Of a stretch of 64,000 nt of DNA, positions 58,577 through 64,000 are shown in pieces. Position numbers and translations under genes: made by a program. The stretch is from positions 928,001-992,000 of the forward strand of contig CAVUDW010000003.1 in assembly GCA_963740355.1 (NCBI GenBank), given 5' to 3'. Each line of letters starts with the position of its first letter. Position 1 is the first letter of the stretch. The notes under the pieces are model-generated. The model saw only the letters and a program-made list of their open reading frames with translations, had not been told where the DNA came from and did not search any database. The DNA comes from an uncultured Gemmatimonadaceae bacterium (GTDB lineage: Bacteria > Gemmatimonadota > Gemmatimonadetes > Gemmatimonadales > Gemmatimonadaceae).

Positions 58577-58925
58577 CAAGATCTCTGACCCCTTGATCAC
58601 AGCCTAACTGCATACCGGATCGTCGCTTAGGCCCGGAAAAGTCGGACCAAGATCTCCGACCCCTTCAGACCAAGATCTCTGACCCCTTGATCGCGGCCTA
58701 ACTGCATGCCGGAACGTCGCTTAGGCCCGAAAAAGGCCGACCAAGATCTCTGACCCCTTCAGACCAAGATCTCTGACCCCTTGATCGCAGCCTAACTGTA
58801 TGCCGGAACGTCGCTTAGGCCCGAGAAAAGCCACACCAAGATCTCTGACCCCTTGATCGTAGGCTAACTGCATGCCGCACAGTCACTTAGGCCCGAAAAT
58901 GGCCGACCAAGATCTCTGACCCCTT
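58577..58925. repeat. Composite REP-like array: seven CAAGATCTCTGACCCCTT cores with four hairpin-bearing linkers
   Basis: Cores at 58577, 58648, 58671, 58742, 58765, 58837, 58908 (spacings 71, 23, 71, 23, 72, 71). Confidence 0.92.
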
Positions 58926-58942
58926 CCTTGATCGTCGCCCTG

Positions 58943-59566
58943 CTACGCGGCGCCTGACGCGATCGCTGCCGCCTGCGACTTCTCCGCCCGCAGCCACTCG
59001 CGCCAGCCCTGCGCCGCGAACCCGAGCAGGATGAGGTAAATCAGCGCCGAGACCCAGAGCGATTGCCGCGGCAACAGCCAGAAGGCATACAGCGCATTCA
59101 CCAGCGCCCAGCAGAACCAGTGTTCGATCTTCTTGTGCGTCTGCAGGTACTGCCCGGTCACGCTCACGGCCGTGACCAGCGCGTCGATCATCGACTGCTG
59201 CGCCCCGGTGAACGACATCCCCCAGCCCAGCAACGCCGCCATCGGCAAGGTGGCCGCAATCCAGAGCAGTCGTGCACGGGTCGACAGCCGCGTGATGGGC
59301 AGGTCATCATGGTGCGTCGGCCCGGCCTTCATCCACACCCACCAGCCGTAGGCCTGCATCGGCAGGTAGTACAACACCTGCAACCCCGTGCTCGACCAAA
59401 GCTTCGACTGATAGAAGACGATGCCGTAAAGCACCACCGACGCGATGCCCCACGCCCACGTCCAGATGTTGTTGCGCACCAGCAGCCAGACATTCACCAG
59501 CGTCGCAATGGCCGCCGCAACTTCGAGGGGCGACAATTCGTGCAGCGCACGCTGCCAGTCGATCAC
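58943..59566 (-). CDS. pnuC: PnuC family vitamin/nicotinamide riboside transporter
   Basis: NIWTWAWGI, QVLYYLPMQAYGWWVW, DAL.TA.S..GQYL..HK.IEHW..W..VN. Confidence 0.9.
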   Translation of the reverse strand: MIDWQRALHELSPLEVAAAIATLVNVWLLVRNNIWTWAWGIASVVLYGIVFYQSKLWSSTGLQVLYYLPMQAYGWWVWMKAGPTHHDDLPITRLSTRARLLWIAATLPMAALLGWGMSFTGAQQSMIDALVTAVSVTGQYLQTHKKIEHWFCWALVNALYAFWLLPRQSLWVSALIYLILLGFAAQGWREWLRAEKSQAAAIASGAA

Positions 59567-60264
59567 GCCGCCTCGCAGTGCAACAGCAACGACAATGGTG
59601 ATCCCGTAGACGGGTGCAACGGTTCGTCAAGCCGCACGATGCGAAGCCCGGCCAGTGCAAGCTGCTCCTGCCACGCTCCCATGGTGCGATAGAACCACGG
59701 CATCGGCGTCGGGAACGACACGGCGAACGCGTCGAAGGCCTCGGTGCGCCATTCGCTGCGATATGGAGCGTCGCCCCGCGCGCTCCACGGGTGCACGCTC
59801 TGGATCACCAGCGTACCGGCAGGCGCCAGTCGGGTCCGCAAGGCTGAGAGCAGCGGGTGCACCGGCTCTGCGAGAAGCGCGAAATTGCAGACGATGCCGC
59901 GCCAAGGCCCGGCCGCAACGGCGGGATCGCGTTCGATCTGATCGTACGTCGCAACCGCGAATGTGCCACCGCCAAGGGCGCTCGCCTGCTCGATCAGCGG
60001 CGCGCTGACATCTACCCCCGTGGCATGTATTCCACGGGCACCGAGTGCGCGCACCAACCAGCCTTCACCACAACCGACATCCAGCACCGGCCCGGGTGCA
60101 AGGCGCATGCAGGCGTCAACGATGGCGGCGTCGGTGCCCGCCTGGCGACTCGGGATCAATCCGTCGCGTACCACCTGCGTCCATGCCGAGGCATTGTCGG
60201 TCCAACTGCGCACGATCTGGTCATGCGGGGTGTGCTCGCCCGGTGTCGACATCTCGTGGTTCAT
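59563..60264 (-). CDS. Class I SAM-dependent methyltransferase
   Basis: VLDVGCGEGW, GVDVS, IVCNFAL, LAPAG. Confidence 0.9.
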   Translation of the reverse strand: MNHEMSTPGEHTPHDQIVRSWTDNASAWTQVVRDGLIPSRQAGTDAAIVDACMRLAPGPVLDVGCGEGWLVRALGARGIHATGVDVSAPLIEQASALGGGTFAVATYDQIERDPAVAAGPWRGIVCNFALLAEPVHPLLSALRTRLAPAGTLVIQSVHPWSARGDAPYRSEWRTEAFDAFAVSFPTPMPWFYRTMGAWQEQLALAGLRIVRLDEPLHPSTGSPLSLLLHCEAA

Positions 60265-60743
60265 GCGCCGTGATCCGGCAGCTTGATCACGCGATCCTGC
60301 GGAGGATCGATGCGCACCGTGGCGGTTGCCACGAAGATCTCCTGCAGGAACGACACCAGGCCACCCAGCAGCGACACCATCGCGAGGATGAAGAGCCCTG
60401 CGATCCAGCGCGAGCCGTTCACGTCGAGCAATGCCGAGACGAACAACGTCAGGATCAAGAGGCAGATCAACATTGCGCAGACAGTGCAGAGTGTGATCGC
60501 ACGATTCGAGAGTCGCGAGCGGTGTGACAGGACGGCGAGGCGATCGCGCATCGCGTGCCGCTCCTCGCCGGCGGGAAGGTCGTGATAGTCCTTCTCGAAC
60601 TGGCGGGCCCGATCGATCACGCGTGCCAGGCGGCTGGTCAGCACGTTCAGCATCGCGGCGACACCGGACAACAGAAAAACCGGCGCCACCGCCTGTTGAA
60701 TGACGTGCGCGATATCGGTCGGCTGGGGAGTCGTCTGCAGCAT
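60261..60743 (-). CDS. DUF2721 membrane protein
   Basis: IQQAVAPVFLLSGV..MLNVLT.RLARVIDRAR, FLQEI. Confidence 0.85.
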   Translation of the reverse strand: MLQTTPQPTDIAHVIQQAVAPVFLLSGVAAMLNVLTSRLARVIDRARQFEKDYHDLPAGEERHAMRDRLAVLSHRSRLSNRAITLCTVCAMLICLLILTLFVSALLDVNGSRWIAGLFILAMVSLLGGLVSFLQEIFVATATVRIDPPQDRVIKLPDHGA

Positions 60744-60752
60744 GCCTGCCCG

Positions 60753-61976
60753 CTACTCGCTTCTGGATCGTGGCGTTCGACGCGGCGCCGGCGCCACCTC
60801 CACCGCATCCTTCCGCACATCGAGTGCGGCCACCTCGTCATCGGTCAGGCGACGCCAGGCGCCCTTCGCCAGCTCGCCAAGCGCCAGTCCACCGATCGCC
60901 ACGCGTACCAGGCGCAGAACTTCGATCCCGTGCGCCTCCAGCATCCGGCGGATCTGCCGGTTGCGCCCCTCGTCGAGATCGATCACCAGCCATCCGTGCC
61001 GTTCGCCGGAACGCAGCACCTCGACGCGGACAGCCGACAGCCTCTCACCATCTTCATCCGGGACGCCACCGCGCAGCGACTGCACCAGCGCCTCATCCGG
61101 AACGCGATCGATCTGGACATGGTACGTCTTGCGCACATGCGAGTCCGGCGCGATGACGGCGTTGCCCCACTGCGTGTCGTTGGTGAACAGCAGCAGTCCC
61201 TCGCTCGCCTGGTCGAGTCGGCCAACTGGCCCGAGGAACGGCAGCGTCGGATCGCTGATGCTTTCGTACACCGTGGCGCGCCCACGTGGATCGCTTCGCG
61301 TGGTGAGTTGCCCGCGCGGCTTGTTGAGCATCACGTAGGTCAGGTCAGCGGCCTGCACTTCCACCTTGTCGAGCGTGATGACGTCGGTCTCCGGCACGAC
61401 ACGCCAGGCGATGTCGGTCACGCGACGGCCATTCACTTTCACACGGCCCTCGCGCACCGCCTGTTCCGCCTGCGACCGCGAACAGATGCCGAGCTTCGAC
61501 ATCGCGCGCGCCACGGTGACAGTGTTCTTCGGGTTCGCGCCCTTGGCACCCGGCCCCGCGGGCCCAGCGGCTTTCCGCCCGGCACCCTTCGGCGCCCCGG
61601 TGCCACTCCTTGGACGCGAGAAGTGCGCTTCTGCGGCTGCCTCCAACGAGCCGTCATCCGCGCTGACGTCCCGAACCCAGCCTCGCGCCGGACCAGCAGC
61701 CTTCGAGCCGCTGCGCGCGGTGCCACCACGCTTCGCTCCGCCGCTCGTCGGGGCACCTTTCTTCGCGGCACCCTTCTTCGGGCCACCCTGCTTCGGGCCA
61801 CCACTCTTGAACCCACCGCTCTTCGGCCCACCAGCCTTGGCGCCGCCGCTCGTCGCCCCGCCCTTCTTGGGACCACGGCGACCGGCGGCGGGTCGCGCCT
61901 GACCGATGTGACCAGAGGCCGCGGGACGACGCGCGGAGGAGCCGGGGCGAGATGAGCGTGAAGGCATAGGCGTCAA
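60753..61976 (-). CDS. rRNA pseudouridine synthase (RsuA/RluB/E/F family) with low-complexity N-terminus
   Basis: S4 domain (SKLGICSRSQAE), LNKPRG, GRLD, GLLLFTND, EGRNRQIRRM; start uncertain. Confidence 0.92.
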   Translation of the reverse strand: MTPMPSRSSRPGSSARRPAASGHIGQARPAAGRRGPKKGGATSGGAKAGGPKSGGFKSGGPKQGGPKKGAAKKGAPTSGGAKRGGTARSGSKAAGPARGWVRDVSADDGSLEAAAEAHFSRPRSGTGAPKGAGRKAAGPAGPGAKGANPKNTVTVARAMSKLGICSRSQAEQAVREGRVKVNGRRVTDIAWRVVPETDVITLDKVEVQAADLTYVMLNKPRGQLTTRSDPRGRATVYESISDPTLPFLGPVGRLDQASEGLLLFTNDTQWGNAVIAPDSHVRKTYHVQIDRVPDEALVQSLRGGVPDEDGERLSAVRVEVLRSGERHGWLVIDLDEGRNRQIRRMLEAHGIEVLRLVRVAIGGLALGELAKGAWRRLTDDEVAALDVRKDAVEVAPAPRRTPRSRSE

Positions 61977-62160
61977 AGATGATCGATACAGGCCTCGCGT
62001 GCGTCATTCCTTGCACCGCCCCTGAAAAACGGGACGCGTCGGTGTCGCGGCCGTGCGGCGCGTGAGTCGGAGTACATCGCCGTCTGCGCACGGCTCGTGA
62101 GGTGTGCAGCTCGTCAGCGAATGGGGGCGAGCGGGCGTAACATGTCTCGTGTCCCACTCC

Positions 62161-64000
62161 ATGTTCGGCTCGCTGCTTCGTCGTCTCTCCGCTCTTGCTG
62201 CGAGTGCCCTGGTGGCCGCCGTCGCGGTGGCGCAGCCTGCCCCTCCAAGCCGAACGCCCGCCGTGCCGGGACCGACGCCGCCCGAGTCACCCATCGTCTC
62301 GACGTTCACGGACGTCGAAATGGCAGCGCGTCCAAGCACCCAGGCGTTTCGCACGCGCCGCGCGCCGGTGATCGACGGCAAGCTCACCGAGGCCGAGTGG
62401 GCGCTGGCACCGGCGATCACCGACTTCATTCAGCAACTGCCGCGCACCGGCTACCCGGCAAAATTCCAGACCACGGTGCGCGTGCTATTCGACGCCGATC
62501 ACATCTACATCGGCGCGACACTGTTCGATCCCGAGCCGAAGAAGGCGATCGTCTCGGGCAAGGAGCGCGATTTCGCGTCCGGTGCGAACGATCTCTTCGG
62601 ACTCGTGCTCGACACCTTCAAGGATCGTCGCAACAGCTTCCTCTTTCTCGTCAATCCCGCCGGTGCGGTGCGGGACGAGCAGACGTACAACGATTCACGG
62701 ACGATCGTCGAGGCGTGGGAGGGAGTGACGAAGGCGCGCACATCGCTCGGTGACTCCGCGTGGTTCGTGGAGATGGAAATCCCACTGCGCACGTTGCGCT
62801 TCGATGCGACGCGGTCACCGCAGGACTGGGGCGTCAACTTCATCCGGCGCGTGCGTCGGACCAGCGAGACGTCGTACTGGGCACCGCTCGAGCGACAGTA
62901 TCGTGTGCATCGGATGTCGAAGGCTGGCACACTGACGGGCCTCGACAGCTTGCGCCCTGGCCGCAACCTGCAGATCAAGCCCTACCTCGTTGGCAGCAAT
63001 TCCAGCGGACTGCAGGTGCCCGCATCGGCGCTGGGCACGAATGGCGATGTCGGCATGGATCTCAAGTACGGCGTGACGCCATCGCTGACTCTCGATGCGA
63101 CCTACAACACCGACTTCTCGCAGGTAGAGGTGGATCAGGAGCAGGTCAACCTGACGCGCTTCTCGCTGCTCTTTCCAGAGCGCCGTGAGTTCTTCATCGA
63201 AAACTCCGGGTCCTTCCAGTTCGGCGACGTGGTGGAGCGCAGCTATCGCATGGGAGCGAGTCCAAGCGACTTCACATTCTTCAACTCGCGACAGATCGGC
63301 CTCACCGCTGATGGTCGCCCAATCCCGATCGTGGGTGGCGCGCGCCTGACTGGTCGTGTGGGCCAGTGGGAGGTCGGGGCGCTCGACATGCAGACGCAGC
63401 GCGCGTCCGCTTCGCCGGCGGAGAACTTCGCTGTGCTGCGCGCACGTCGCAACCTGTTCGGCAAGTCTGACATCGGCGTCTTGCTGCAGAACCGGGCCGC
63501 CACCGACAGCAACAGCTGGAATCGCAGCGTTGGTGTCGACGCGAACCTGCGGATCGGCGGTAACACCATCGTGAATGGCTACGTCGCGCGCAGTGACGCG
63601 CCCGGTGCCGCACAGGATGGGACAGCCGCACGCGCGCAGGCCGCGTATCGTGGCAAGCTCTGGGACAACTCGATGATGTGGAAACGCGTGTCCGAGTCGT
63701 TCGCGCCGGGCATGGGATTCGTGCGGCGTCGCAACATCCAGCAGTTCTACACAACGATCGGCGCACACCCGCGTCCCATGATTCCGCGGGTCGCGGAAAT
63801 GAATCCGTATGTGCTGTTCGACTACATCACCGACCTCAAGTCGCAGCTCGACACACGCACGATCGCGGGTGGACTGGATGTGACGCTGAAGTCGGAAGCG
63901 GTGCTCTCGATGCTGGTGAGTGATCAATTCGACCGGATCGAGCAGACCTTTACGCTCGTCCCTGGGCGGACCGTGGCGCCGGGTGCCTACACCTGGCGCG
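62161..64000 (+). CDS. CBM9-like + DUF5916 exported protein (3'-partial; missing from the ORF track)
   Basis: Frame open from ATG 62161 to the window end; APVIDGKLTEAEW, NTDFSQVEVDQEQVNLTRFSLLFPERREFFIEN, FFNSRQIGL. Confidence 0.88.
   Translation, partial: MFGSLLRRLSALAASALVAAVAVAQPAPPSRTPAVPGPTPPESPIVSTFTDVEMAARPSTQAFRTRRAPVIDGKLTEAEWALAPAITDFIQQLPRTGYPAKFQTTVRVLFDADHIYIGATLFDPEPKKAIVSGKERDFASGANDLFGLVLDTFKDRRNSFLFLVNPAGAVRDEQTYNDSRTIVEAWEGVTKARTSLGDSAWFVEMEIPLRTLRFDATRSPQDWGVNFIRRVRRTSETSYWAPLERQYRVHRMSKAGTLTGLDSLRPGRNLQIKPYLVGSNSSGLQVPASALGTNGDVGMDLKYGVTPSLTLDATYNTDFSQVEVDQEQVNLTRFSLLFPERREFFIENSGSFQFGDVVERSYRMGASPSDFTFFNSRQIGLTADGRPIPIVGGARLTGRVGQWEVGALDMQTQRASASPAENFAVLRARRNLFGKSDIGVLLQNRAATDSNSWNRSVGVDANLRIGGNTIVNGYVARSDAPGAAQDGTAARAQAAYRGKLWDNSMMWKRVSESFAPGMGFVRRRNIQQFYTTIGAHPRPMIPRVAEMNPYVLFDYITDLKSQLDTRTIAGGLDVTLKSEAVLSMLVSDQFDRIEQTFTLVPGRTVAPGAYTWR

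Noticed and set aside
58577..58925. CRISPR array
   Set aside because: The linkers are near-copies of each other, spacing alternates 23/71, the repeat is only 18 bp, and there are no cas genes.
62815..63927. 370-aa minus-strand ORF
   Set aside because: Shadow of the unlisted plus-strand DUF5916 gene that runs off the window.

Overview
A GC-rich, gene-dense bacterial chromosomal segment. The gene style (many exported hydrolases and lipoproteins, PD40-amidohydrolases, DUF5916 proteins) suggests Gemmatimonadota, but this is an inference. Housekeeping content: a minus-strand cluster of 8 tRNA genes (His, Trp, Glu x2, Asp, Leu, Thr, Gly; none encodes CCA) downstream of efp, plus tex, infA, a cold-shock protein, a pseudouridine synthase and hrpB (split by a +1 frameshift). 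Transport and catabolic content: a TetR-TolC-EmrA-EmrB efflux operon with a clear operator/promoter, tesA/ybbAP-like genes, two PD40-amidohydrolase paralogs, two DUF5916 paralogs, a GMC dehydrogenase pair, an S9 peptidase, PnuC and an MFS permease. Accessory content: hicAB inside the tRNA cluster, and a CHAT (caspase-like) protease plus a PEP-CTERM gene next to the tRNA-Gly 3' end. The most unusual non-coding signal is five intergenic REP-like repeat clusters, all just downstream of stop codons and with no transposase in the window: a composite 23/71-bp hairpin array at 58.6-58.9 kb, a related 25-bp array at 48.9 kb, a 28-bp array at 18.7 kb, and an inverted-pair family at 27.7-28.1 kb and 40.3-40.5 kb. 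Protein-level oddities: EF-P with a PGNLR loop, an MBL-fold protein lacking its second-metal ligands, a GMC enzyme with a full CxxCxxCxxxCP motif, and a phosphodiesterase-MGDG synthase operon. No CRISPR array, rRNA, integrase or transposase was seen. All calls come from reading motifs by eye; no database searches were run.
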